NCBI GenBank assembly: GCA_039177115.1
Contig: JBCDFZ010000027.1
Coordinates: 2,488 to 66,487 of the forward strand
Source: Myxococcota bacterium
Lineage (GTDB): Bacteria; Myxococcota_A; Polyangia; Polyangiales; Houyiibacteriaceae
Direction: 5' to 3'
DNA length: 64,000 bases
Part shown: positions 36,809 through 45,195 of the stretch, one piece after another
Numbering within the stretch: the first letter of the stretch is position 1
How the letters are laid out: the number at the start of each line of letters is the position of its first letter
Notes under the pieces: model-generated
What the model was told of the DNA's origin: nothing
Database searches by the model: none
The model's input: the letters and a program-made list of their open reading frames with translations, nothing else
Position numbers and translations under genes: made by a program

Positions 36809-38137
36809 CTACTCGCAGGCGTCGCCGACGCCGTTTTCGTTTGCATCAGCTTGATCGCGATTCGACACCGTCGGGCAGTTGTCATCCGCGTAGTCGACGA
36901 AGTCGTCGTCGACGTCGAGGCTCCCGTGTTCGAGGAGAAGGTCCCAAAGGACGAAGTCTTCGTCGATCGCGTTCAGGTTCCGGATCCCACGAACGTCGCT
37001 GAGCGGGGCGTCGGTTCGGACGATGTCCTCGGAGGGGTAGCCGTTCGGCTGATAGTGGGCGCAGCGTGGGTTGTTCCGGGCCACGCTCTCAGTCGGGGCG
37101 AGCAGGCACTGGCCTGCACTCCAGGCATCGCGGAGGTCTCCTCCGACGACGACGAAGCTAGTTTCCCGCATCGCGCGGTAGAGGCTCTGATCGATGGCAT
37201 AGATCCCAGCAAGGTCGTCGACGAACGTTTGCCGGATGAGTCGGATGTCGGTTTCGTCTCCGTACCAATCGAGGTTGAGGCTCGGGTCGACGTCACCGTC
37301 GAATCGAACGTGCCCCCAGGTCGACGACCCCATGATTTCCACCGCGAAGCGACGAAGCGTCAGCGGTAGTCGCCTGAGGCTGACGTCGTCGTTCCCCGCG
37401 CTCGCACGATGCCCGTTCACGTACGTGCTCCCGACGAGTGTTTCGTGGCTTCCGGGCACCAGGAAGAGCTCGCGGAGCGGCCCCTCCTCGCTCGGGAACG
37501 CTGGGAACGCGGCATGGAACAAGATCGACCGCTCGTCGATGGCGTAGAACCCGAAGAAGCTCACGCCCGGGCTCAGATTGAAGTTGCTCGTGCTGAACCC
37601 GAGGACGTCGCCGGGAACGGGGTCGAACGCAATGATGTTGGTTTGCTCGACCTGATCGTTGAGCGCGGCGTACACAGGGTCGGTGACGAGCGCGTGCGCG
37701 AAGTGCATCGTGGACACAGCGCCGCGACTGAAGCCGACGAGGTTGACCGTGACGCATTCGCCCTCGCAGCCGCTTTCGCGAATGGCCTCTCGCAGGAAGG
37801 CCATCCCGCGACCGGTTTGAGCGGCCCAGCCGTCGCGAGCCGGGATCGCATCTGCCGGAAAGCCGTTGACGAACCCTTTGTAGTGGTTCGGGTAGTCGGG
37901 TGCGACGCGATGGAACTGATGAAGAAGCGCGACGGTCTCGGTGCGTTCGAACTTGCTGGCGCCCCTCAGCCACATGTCGGACGTGAGCCCGGTGCCCGCG
38001 AAGTAAATCGTGACCACTTGGTTGTCCGAACTCGGGTCCGGGCCGCTGCCACCCGTTCCATCGGAAGTGGCGCCGCCACCATCACCGCAGCCAATCAGGA
38101 GCACCAAGATGCAGGCGAGACGGGCGGCTGAACGCAT
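36809..38137 (-). CDS. Lipoprotein, Tle1/DUF2235-like alpha/beta hydrolase with C-terminal thrombospondin type-3 repeat
   Basis: Lipobox LIGC; YFAGTG, GFSRG, FDPV, AIDER, PGSH motifs; DNCPTVSNRDQADANENGVGDACE. Confidence 0.75.
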   Translation of the reverse strand: MRSAARLACILVLLIGCGDGGGATSDGTGGSGPDPSSDNQVVTIYFAGTGLTSDMWLRGASKFERTETVALLHQFHRVAPDYPNHYKGFVNGFPADAIPARDGWAAQTGRGMAFLREAIRESGCEGECVTVNLVGFSRGAVSTMHFAHALVTDPVYAALNDQVEQTNIIAFDPVPGDVLGFSTSNFNLSPGVSFFGFYAIDERSILFHAAFPAFPSEEGPLRELFLVPGSHETLVGSTYVNGHRASAGNDDVSLRRLPLTLRRFAVEIMGSSTWGHVRFDGDVDPSLNLDWYGDETDIRLIRQTFVDDLAGIYAIDQSLYRAMRETSFVVVGGDLRDAWSAGQCLLAPTESVARNNPRCAHYQPNGYPSEDIVRTDAPLSDVRGIRNLNAIDEDFVLWDLLLEHGSLDVDDDFVDYADDNCPTVSNRDQADANENGVGDACE

Positions 38138-38219
38138 CCGAGAACGATAGAAAAATCACAAAACCTTGTCGAGAAGTCGGGAGCCGTGCCAGTGTGAGTG
38201 GCGAAGGGATTGGGGGGTT

Positions 38220-38912
38220 ATGAACCATTCGTTGCGGCGAGGTTGGGTATGTGCGTGCGTGCTGCTGCTCGCCGCCGGAGGCTGTGGAGACGACGCTCCT
38301 GGGGACACTGGAGGCAGCGGTGGAAGCGGTGCCGGCGGAACAGCGGGCACCGCGGGCATGGCAGGCACGGGTGGCAACGTCATGGTCGACCCCGACCGGT
38401 TCCCTTGGACGATGGCCGTGTCGATCGTCCAGGTCGACACCGTGTCGTCGGGCAGCGTGTTCGACATCGGCGACTGGTGTGACGGGGACGATCGCGGCGA
38501 GTTCTTCGTCCGATACCTCCTCGATCCCCCAGGGGAAGACGCGAGCACCCTACTCGACCTCGAGTTCGACGCCGGAGGTCCTACCGATACCGAATTCTAC
38601 GGCGAGAGGTTCCGGCGCACCTACACGGTCAGCGCCGCGAACGAGCTCGCGCAGATCAGCACCACCGATTCATTCGAGAACGATGGTGTCGTGGACGACA
38701 ATCTCAGCGACTTCATCGTCACGCTCGAGAACATCCCACCCAACGCGATTGATTTCACCGACGTCGGGTGCGCCGAGTACGGCTACATGGGTTCGGCCGG
38801 GCGGAACGACTGTGACGACGGCTGCATCATCACACGGAGTAACAGAGCGAAACCCCTGTGCTTCATGGAAACGACGATCTGCATTCAGAACGTGTCTGAT
38901 CCGAATCGCTGA
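38220..38912 (+). CDS. Hypothetical lipoprotein (Gly tether, Cys-containing domain)
   Basis: AGGC lipobox; GGSGGSGAGGTAG linker. Confidence 0.75.
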   Translation: MNHSLRRGWVCACVLLLAAGGCGDDAPGDTGGSGGSGAGGTAGTAGMAGTGGNVMVDPDRFPWTMAVSIVQVDTVSSGSVFDIGDWCDGDDRGEFFVRYLLDPPGEDASTLLDLEFDAGGPTDTEFYGERFRRTYTVSAANELAQISTTDSFENDGVVDDNLSDFIVTLENIPPNAIDFTDVGCAEYGYMGSAGRNDCDDGCIITRSNRAKPLCFMETTICIQNVSDPNR

Positions 38913-39030
38913 CCGAGCGTTTTCGCTTCTCAACGAACGAATCAAATCGACCGCCTTCTCGGAAGCGGCGGCTTGGGCCGCGGCGGATTTATCGTACGGT
39001 GACGCCATCAAGCAAGAAGGACTCCGCCCC

Positions 39031-39687
39031 ATGAAACCATCACGTGTTCTGCTCATCGCCATCCTCGGTACAGCAGCGATGTACATCGGAAGCTTCGCCG
39101 TTCTCGGGGATTCGTTTCCGACGATCAACTCCACCGGCGAGGAGGTGATCGCTTGGTTCACAGCGAACGCCCGCGCGGCGCAGACGTACGCATGGTGTGC
39201 CGCGTTCATCTCTCTCGGTCTATGCATCGTCGGAGGACAAGTGGGGGCGCTCTTGCCACGCACCCACGCGTACATCTTCTTGGGCGGCATGTTCGGCTGG
39301 GCGGTCACGGCACAGGTGCAAGCGTGGTTCTGGGCCGCACTGGCCTTTCGACCTGCCGAACTCTCTTCGGCTGCCGCCGCCGTAGTTTTCGACATCCCGG
39401 CGTACTGGGGTCCGCTGGTCAACGGGTTCTCCGCAGCGATGTCGATCCCCTTCGTCGTGCTAGGTTTGGGCTCATCTTCACTGGTTCCGCGGTGGGTCGG
39501 TTGGCTAAGCCTCATCTTCTTCGTCGAGCAGTCGATCGAGACGATCACCGTCTTTGGACAGACAGGCTTCCTGGCTCCGGGTGGAGCCATGAACCTCTAC
39601 GTGGGGGGCGTGATTGGCTTCGTGTGGTTTGGCGGAGTCATTCGGTGGGCGATGAAGGAACTCGACGCGCAGGCCGTGGCGGCATAG
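39031..39687 (+). CDS. Hypothetical integral membrane protein (about 6 TM segments)
   Basis: 3' hydrophobic part of ORF 38251..39687; ATG 39031 preceded by GAAGGA. Confidence 0.75.
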   Translation: MKPSRVLLIAILGTAAMYIGSFAVLGDSFPTINSTGEEVIAWFTANARAAQTYAWCAAFISLGLCIVGGQVGALLPRTHAYIFLGGMFGWAVTAQVQAWFWAALAFRPAELSSAAAAVVFDIPAYWGPLVNGFSAAMSIPFVVLGLGSSSLVPRWVGWLSLIFFVEQSIETITVFGQTGFLAPGGAMNLYVGGVIGFVWFGGVIRWAMKELDAQAVAA

Positions 39688-39709
39688 TCGCAGATTGTCC
39701 GGCCGCTGG

Positions 39710-39945
39710 TTTCGTACGATCCTGGCGACCGAAGTTCGGGGAGAGAGTGAGTACACCGCCCGCCAGGTGCGGGAACCGCTCGCCCTCGCCATGCAGGCGA
39801 GCCTCTTGCTACGCGGGGACAGCGCCCCCGTGGCGAGCGGATTCATCCAATCTCGCCTTCAAGACAGGGGCACTAGCTCTACGGCAGCATGCCGGAGGGG
39901 ATCGACTGCGAGGCCCTCATCGCCCGGGCGACGCCGGCGATCTGA
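39710..39945 (+). pseudogene. C-terminal remnant of an AidB-like acyl-CoA dehydrogenase
   Basis: EYTARQVREPLALAMQASLLLRGDSAPVASGFIQSRL, then a frameshift to LYGSMPEGIDCEALIARATPAI*; resembles the AidB C-terminus; no N-terminal part. Confidence 0.65.
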
Positions 39946-40044
39946 GGCCCTGCGGCAAGGGGCATCGCCCTGAAAACGTGGAAAATAGCGACGGTTTGCG
40001 GCAACGACGCCCTTGCGCTACACGCCCCGGCCACGAGGCACGAC

Positions 40045-40281
40045 ATGGCACGAGTTTGTGAAGTTACCGGGAAGCGAAGGCTCAAGGGGAACAAGGTCTC
40101 CCACTCGAACCGCAAGAGTCGGAAGTTCCAAGAGCCGAACCTCCAGTCCAAGCGCTTCTGGCTGCCGAGCGAGAACCGCTGGGTCAAGCTCCGCGTGAGC
40201 ACCGACGCGATCCGTACCATCGACAAGCGTGGCATCGAGGCGGTGGTTGCAGAGATGCGGGCCGCCGGCCAGAAGATCTAG
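40045..40281 (+). CDS. rpmB: 50S ribosomal protein L28
   Basis: [10 protein letters not shown]...GNKVSHSN...PNLQSKRFW...WVKLRVST...IDKRGI. Confidence 0.97.
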   Translation: MARVCEVTGKRRLKGNKVSHSNRKSRKFQEPNLQSKRFWLPSENRWVKLRVSTDAIRTIDKRGIEAVVAEMRAAGQKI

Positions 40282-40314
40282 CGCACGACCGGGGGGCGGC
40301 GGGGAGCTGTAGAG

Positions 40315-40349
40315 CGCCTCGAGGGAATCGAGTCCGCCCACTCGAGGCG
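40315..40349. terminator. Hairpin between convergent genes (possible terminator)
   Basis: CGCCTCGAG-N17-CTCGAGGCG; no U-tract. Confidence 0.3.
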
Positions 40350-40431
40350 ATGAAGGTGCCACCGGCGACGATGGCCCCCCAGCCTTACGCACGAGTTCGA
40401 TCACCTCTCGAATCGCGTGGCCGGTCGTGAC

Positions 40432-41703
40432 CTACCGGTCTCGAACGGGCCAGGTGTAGTGCGAGTTGTCCTTGTTGCCGCCGTGAATGTTCGGCCAGTA
40501 TGGATTGATCTTCCAGCTGCTGTCGCTGCCGGCGGAAAGGGTCGTGGAGGTCCAGTGAAGGCCGTTTTGAATGTTGGTGAACGGATGGCCATCCGTGAGC
40601 TGCGGCTCGTTGCGAGAGAGGTCGAGCAGGCTCAAGAACTCGTTGTGGTTCGGTAAGCGCCAGTCTCCCGCCTCGGAGCCGTCGCTGAGGCCGCAGTCCC
40701 CGTCGGCCAGGTCTGCGCTCCTGCTGTAGGCGTCGCCCAACGAGTTGACGCCAAGGCAGTTCGATTGCTTGAGCCACACCAAACCCGTGAGGGTGTCCTC
40801 CACCGTGCCGTCCCCGACATCGACGAATCGCTCATTCGGCATGGGAACACCGGCGCGGATCTCCCCATCCTGCCCCGTGCCGTCGCAGTTGATCGGGTTG
40901 CCTCCAGTGTCGAAGCAGTCGGTCTGATGTGTAGCCGCGACCGCCATCGGCGCATCCGAGGTCTGCGCATCGTCTCGGACGGGCCAAACCCACCATTCGT
41001 CGTCGGACTTGTCCCCCGACGAGAAGCGACCCGATGCGAACGGGCTTCCCGTCCACGCCTTGGGTGAGCCGCCGGGACGGCTCGTCGACGTCCAGTGCAT
41101 TTGGTTCTTCACATCGACGAAGGGATGCCCCTCCGCGAGTGCGGGGTATCCCTTTGACACGCTGATCAGGCTCATCAGCTCTCTGACGTTGGGAAGCCGC
41201 CAGTCGCCGGCGATGGAACCGTCGGACAGCGCGCAGGCGCCCTGCCCCTCGGCCAGTGCGTTACTGAGACTCAGCGCCTGCGACCAATTGACTTGGCCGA
41301 GGCAGCTGGCTCGCTTGAGCCAGATGAGACCGGTGAGGTTGTCGCGAACAGTCCCGTCTTCTCGGTCGGTGAAGCGCGGGCTCGGATGCCGAACGCCCGC
41401 CTGAACCTCGCCGTCTTGCCCGGTACCGGCGCAGTCGATGGTGCTGCCTCCGACGTCGAAACATAGGGTCTGCCCCGTCGCTGCGACCACGCGCGGCATG
41501 TCGTCGTTGCCTCCGCCAACGTCGGTGCGGCCACCATCACGGGCTCCCCCACCATCGCCGAAACCGCCGCTGCCACCCGCCGCAGCGCGACCCGGCCCGT
41601 CGTTGCCGCCAGCCGGGTTTGAGGAGCCGCACCCGACCACCAGGGCCAGTGCGACTCCAGTAGCGAATAAAGAGACGGCGCGGTGAAGCGAGTTGATTTG
41701 CAC
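40432..41703 (-). CDS. Lipoprotein with two tandem DUF1566 (Lcl C-terminal) domains
   Basis: VVGC lipobox, Gly linker; two copies of TxQTxCFD..G..IxC.GTGQDG...DGTV.D.LTGLxW...GDWRLPN..E...HWTST...WPVR. Confidence 0.9.
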   Translation of the reverse strand: MQINSLHRAVSLFATGVALALVVGCGSSNPAGGNDGPGRAAAGGSGGFGDGGGARDGGRTDVGGGNDDMPRVVAATGQTLCFDVGGSTIDCAGTGQDGEVQAGVRHPSPRFTDREDGTVRDNLTGLIWLKRASCLGQVNWSQALSLSNALAEGQGACALSDGSIAGDWRLPNVRELMSLISVSKGYPALAEGHPFVDVKNQMHWTSTSRPGGSPKAWTGSPFASGRFSSGDKSDDEWWVWPVRDDAQTSDAPMAVAATHQTDCFDTGGNPINCDGTGQDGEIRAGVPMPNERFVDVGDGTVEDTLTGLVWLKQSNCLGVNSLGDAYSRSADLADGDCGLSDGSEAGDWRLPNHNEFLSLLDLSRNEPQLTDGHPFTNIQNGLHWTSTTLSAGSDSSWKINPYWPNIHGGNKDNSHYTWPVRDR

Positions 41704-41881
41704 AGTCCCCTAAACTCTAGCCCGCGAGTTTCTGATGGGGTTAACGGCGAGCCTTCGGAAGTGTGGCAAGCGCGCAGATGACCCCACCCTTCACCACCGA
41801 CTGCGAAGGCAAGAACGGAGCGTCGCTGGTACTTCGAGTTGGCGACCTCCGGACCGAACGTACGGTCGTCCGCGAGGCTTC

Positions 41882-42775
41882 CTAAGACCCAGAGGCGGCG
41901 GCGATCGGCATGACGTCGACGCTATGTCGGCTTTCCTGCTTGCCGGTCGATCGAAGCGCGCCTTTGATCGGCGCGACGTCGCGATAGTCGCGTCCGAACG
42001 CGACGGCGATGTGGTCTTCACCGACCCAAAGATCGTTCGTCGGGTCGTAGCCCACCCAGCCCATCTGGGCCCCGCACCAGGCGCGTACCCAAGCGTGCAT
42101 GGCGTCGGTGCCCATCAAGCGGGGTTGCCCGGGAGGCGCGACGGTCCGCAGGAAGCCAGAGACGTACGCGGCCGGAATGCCAAGCGCGCGGAGTCCGATG
42201 ATCATGATGTGCGAGAAGTCTTGGCATACGCCGTAGCGCTCCTCGAAGGCTTCGCCGGCGAACGTATCGACGTCCGTCGCGCCAGGGTTGAAGACCATGA
42301 CCTCGTGGATGGCCTTGCCGAGTGACGCCACCGTTTGCAGCACGGTGCTGGAGCCTTCCGACGCCGACTTCGCGAAGGCGGCGATCTCGGGGACCGCGCG
42401 GGTCCGTTCGGTCGCTGTCACGAAGTGATGCGGCGATCCCCCCCCCATCTCGACGAGCGCCGAGCGCTCTGCGGCAAGCTGCTCCATGGTGGGCGATAGG
42501 TCGAGGCGCTCCGGGCCCGGCAGCCGCTCGACCCGCGACGTGAGAGACACCGTGAGGCCCTCGACCGGGCCGCGATAGCCGATCTCCGTGACGGCGTTGC
42601 CGAAGAAGTCGATTCGTTCGATGCGATCGTCCGGTGTCGGGTCGATGTCGACGTTCGCCGTCAGTCGACGCTGTAGGCCTTCGAGTCGTAGCGGCTCGAC
42701 ACGGAGCACGTTGCGCGCGTGCACGGAGGGGGCGCCGTAGGAGTATCGGATCGTCAGCGTCACGTCGTAAAGCAT
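41882..42775 (-). CDS. Transglutaminase-like protein (Bact_transglu_N plus core)
   Basis: DFFGN, GVCQDFSH, AYVSGFL, AMHAWV, YDPTN (Cys-His-Asp triad), GRDYRDV. Confidence 0.93.
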   Translation of the reverse strand: MLYDVTLTIRYSYGAPSVHARNVLRVEPLRLEGLQRRLTANVDIDPTPDDRIERIDFFGNAVTEIGYRGPVEGLTVSLTSRVERLPGPERLDLSPTMEQLAAERSALVEMGGGSPHHFVTATERTRAVPEIAAFAKSASEGSSTVLQTVASLGKAIHEVMVFNPGATDVDTFAGEAFEERYGVCQDFSHIMIIGLRALGIPAAYVSGFLRTVAPPGQPRLMGTDAMHAWVRAWCGAQMGWVGYDPTNDLWVGEDHIAVAFGRDYRDVAPIKGALRSTGKQESRHSVDVMPIAAASGS

Positions 42776-45165
42776 CAGCTGAGGTAGCCCTCGGTGAGAA
42801 GCTCGGAGATCCGATGAAGGGCTGCGACGAGCGTGGAAAGCGCCGCATCGTCCACTTCCGACGGATCGACGGTCGCCAGCAGGGTATCGATGCGCAGCAC
42901 GGCGCGCGCTACTGATGAAAGCGCCCCCTCGACCTCCGCCTCGGGCAGCGCGGCGACGAGGCGGCGCAGCTCCTGAACTTGAAAGCGAATCGAACGCGGG
43001 TTGCTCGGGTCGAGGGCGAGCAGATCGATGACGGTTTCCCGGTTGGTCTGGATCCGATACCGCAAGCGGTGCGTGATGACGCTGTCGCCGACCTCCACCG
43101 CGATGTCGAAACTACCGACAGGGGCCGCGCCCGCAGCGAACGCGTGGAGCAAGCCCGCCATGCCGAGGCCACGCTCCAACGCGCGACCGATGGAAAGAAA
43201 CCGCCAGCCGGTGAAGCGGTACATGTTGTCGTGTACGAGTCCGTTGAATGCCGCCGTCCCTCGCAGCAGCTGTCCGAGCGCCCACGACGCCCGAGGCCCG
43301 GGCGTCAGGACCGGAAGAGACTCGAGTTCATGCTGGAGGGCTTTGAGCGCGCTCCAGCCGTCTGGCGAGAAACGGTCGCGAACCTTCTCGGCGCAGCGAA
43401 CCGCGTTGGCCAGCACCTTGCCGATGGTCTTTGAAAGCGGGGCATCAGGATTCGCGCCCATCGCGTCGAGATGGGTATGCAAATAGGTAACTTCGGGTTC
43501 TGTGGCGACGCCGGTCTCGCCAAGCCGCAGGTGATAGGCCCGCAGGAGCCGGATTCGATGCTCGGTGCGCTCGGCGTAGCGGCCCAGCCAGTAGAGGTTG
43601 TCGGCTGCCCGGCTGGGCAACACGCCCCCCGTCGCACGTCGCTTCATGCCGCCCTCGAGTGCGAGGCTCTCCTGCTGCACCGGCGCATCGGCTTGGATCC
43701 AGACGTCCGACACCGCGCCCCCGCGGCGAAGCGCGAGCGCGGTCACGTCTGTCGTGTTACCGATGCGCGCGTAGCCGCCGGGCATGACCTCCCATCCGTC
43801 ACGCGTACGCGCGGCGAAGACCCGCAGCATGAGAGGTCGCGGCACGAGCCGGTCATCCCGCCACGCGGGGGTCGTAGAGAGCGTCACCGCTTCCTGCCCC
43901 ACGAGGCGACTGGACTGCGCTTCGATCCACGCTTGCAGATCACCGTCTGCGGCGGCCGGTATCTTCCCGGCGACCGCGGTGTCTTCGTCCGGCTCGAACG
44001 GGAGGTCGAGACTCATTGCCGAGCCAATCGTCATCTCTGCGGCGTGCTCGCGGACGTACGCCCTCTCGCGTTCCTGGCCACACCACCAGGTCGCGATGTT
44101 CGGCAGGTCGAGGGGCTTTCCCAATATCTCCTCCGCGATGCGGGGCAGGAACGCCATCATGGCCCGCGTCTGGAGAACGCCAGCCCCGAGCGCGTTGACG
44201 ACGGACAGCGAGCCATCGCGGACGGCGCCTACCAGCCCTGGGGTGCCGATCTGCGAGTGCTCGTCCAACTCGAGTGGGTCGGCGTAGGTCGCGTCGAGGC
44301 GGCGCCAAAGGATGCTGACCGGCTGTGGGCCGGACACGGTGCGGACGAGGGCTCGGCCGTTCTCGACCACCAAGTCCTCGCCTTCGAGGAGCATGAGGCC
44401 GAGATAGCGTGCGATGTAGGCATGCTCGAAGTAGCCCTCCGCCATCGGACCTGGCGTCAGGATGGCGGGCCGACCGCTGTCCGGCGACGAGAGCGCAGCC
44501 AGCGCTTCGCGAAAACCTCGAAAGAACCCCGCGAGGCGATGAAGCCGGTCGTGCGGAAAATCAGGAAAGGCCAAGAGCGTGGCAACCCGGTTCTCGAGCG
44601 CGAACCCCATGCCCGCAGGCGCCTCCGTCCGATCTCCGAGGACGAACCAGCTGCCTTGACGGCTCCGCCCAATTTCGAACGCGAGGAAGTTGAGGAAATG
44701 ACCACCCCGTGGGCGGACGCCCACCAACGGACGAAGCCAAGCGGGGTTTTGAGCGATCAGGTCGGGAGGAAGCATCCCTGCCTTGATGAGCTTCATCGGA
44801 CCGTACAGGTCGGTGGCGACCGCCTCTAACACTTCGGCGCGCTGTCGAATCCCGGCAGCGATCTCCGCCCACTCGGCCTCTCCGAGGAGCACTGGAATAT
44901 GGCTCAGCGGCCAGTCGCGCTCCGAAGGCCCCTCGGCCTCGTAGCCACGGTAGAACACGCCGGCATCACGGAGGTACTTGTCCGCGCGGGCGAAGCGCCG
45001 GCCGATCCCGTCTGCCTGCAGCGCCGCGAGGTGGCCGAGCATCGGCTGCCAGACCGGACGCACGGTTCCATCGGGCGCGATCATCTCGTCCGGCAGCGCC
45101 GCCGGGCGCGGGTACTCGCTCAGCAGGCTCGCGAGCGGCTCCGGGGTCGGATGCGGGGCGGCCAT
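42775..45165 (-). CDS. Circularly permuted type-2 ATP-grasp protein fused to an alpha-E (DUF403) domain
   Basis: GFALENR, YFEHAYIARYLG, DPLEL..S.IGTPGL, NALGAG, VMPGG; alpha-E motifs LYWLGRYAER, IGRALER, NPRSI. Confidence 0.92.
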   Translation of the reverse strand: MAAPHPTPEPLASLLSEYPRPAALPDEMIAPDGTVRPVWQPMLGHLAALQADGIGRRFARADKYLRDAGVFYRGYEAEGPSERDWPLSHIPVLLGEAEWAEIAAGIRQRAEVLEAVATDLYGPMKLIKAGMLPPDLIAQNPAWLRPLVGVRPRGGHFLNFLAFEIGRSRQGSWFVLGDRTEAPAGMGFALENRVATLLAFPDFPHDRLHRLAGFFRGFREALAALSSPDSGRPAILTPGPMAEGYFEHAYIARYLGLMLLEGEDLVVENGRALVRTVSGPQPVSILWRRLDATYADPLELDEHSQIGTPGLVGAVRDGSLSVVNALGAGVLQTRAMMAFLPRIAEEILGKPLDLPNIATWWCGQERERAYVREHAAEMTIGSAMSLDLPFEPDEDTAVAGKIPAAADGDLQAWIEAQSSRLVGQEAVTLSTTPAWRDDRLVPRPLMLRVFAARTRDGWEVMPGGYARIGNTTDVTALALRRGGAVSDVWIQADAPVQQESLALEGGMKRRATGGVLPSRAADNLYWLGRYAERTEHRIRLLRAYHLRLGETGVATEPEVTYLHTHLDAMGANPDAPLSKTIGKVLANAVRCAEKVRDRFSPDGWSALKALQHELESLPVLTPGPRASWALGQLLRGTAAFNGLVHDNMYRFTGWRFLSIGRALERGLGMAGLLHAFAAGAAPVGSFDIAVEVGDSVITHRLRYRIQTNRETVIDLLALDPSNPRSIRFQVQELRRLVAALPEAEVEGALSSVARAVLRIDTLLATVDPSEVDDAALSTLVAALHRISELLTEGYLS

Positions 45166-45195
45166 GGAGTTCCTTCGCCCGGGGCGCCCCGCAGG

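Noticed and set aside
38251-39030. N-terminal half of ORF 38251..39687
   Set aside because: It is an alternative frame overlapping the lipoprotein gene 38220..38912; the membrane protein plausibly starts at 39031.
40046-40060. TGGCACG as a sigma-54 promoter (also near 10895 and 57421)
   Set aside because: The -12 TTGC is missing at the required spacing, and the 40046 copy is inside rpmB.
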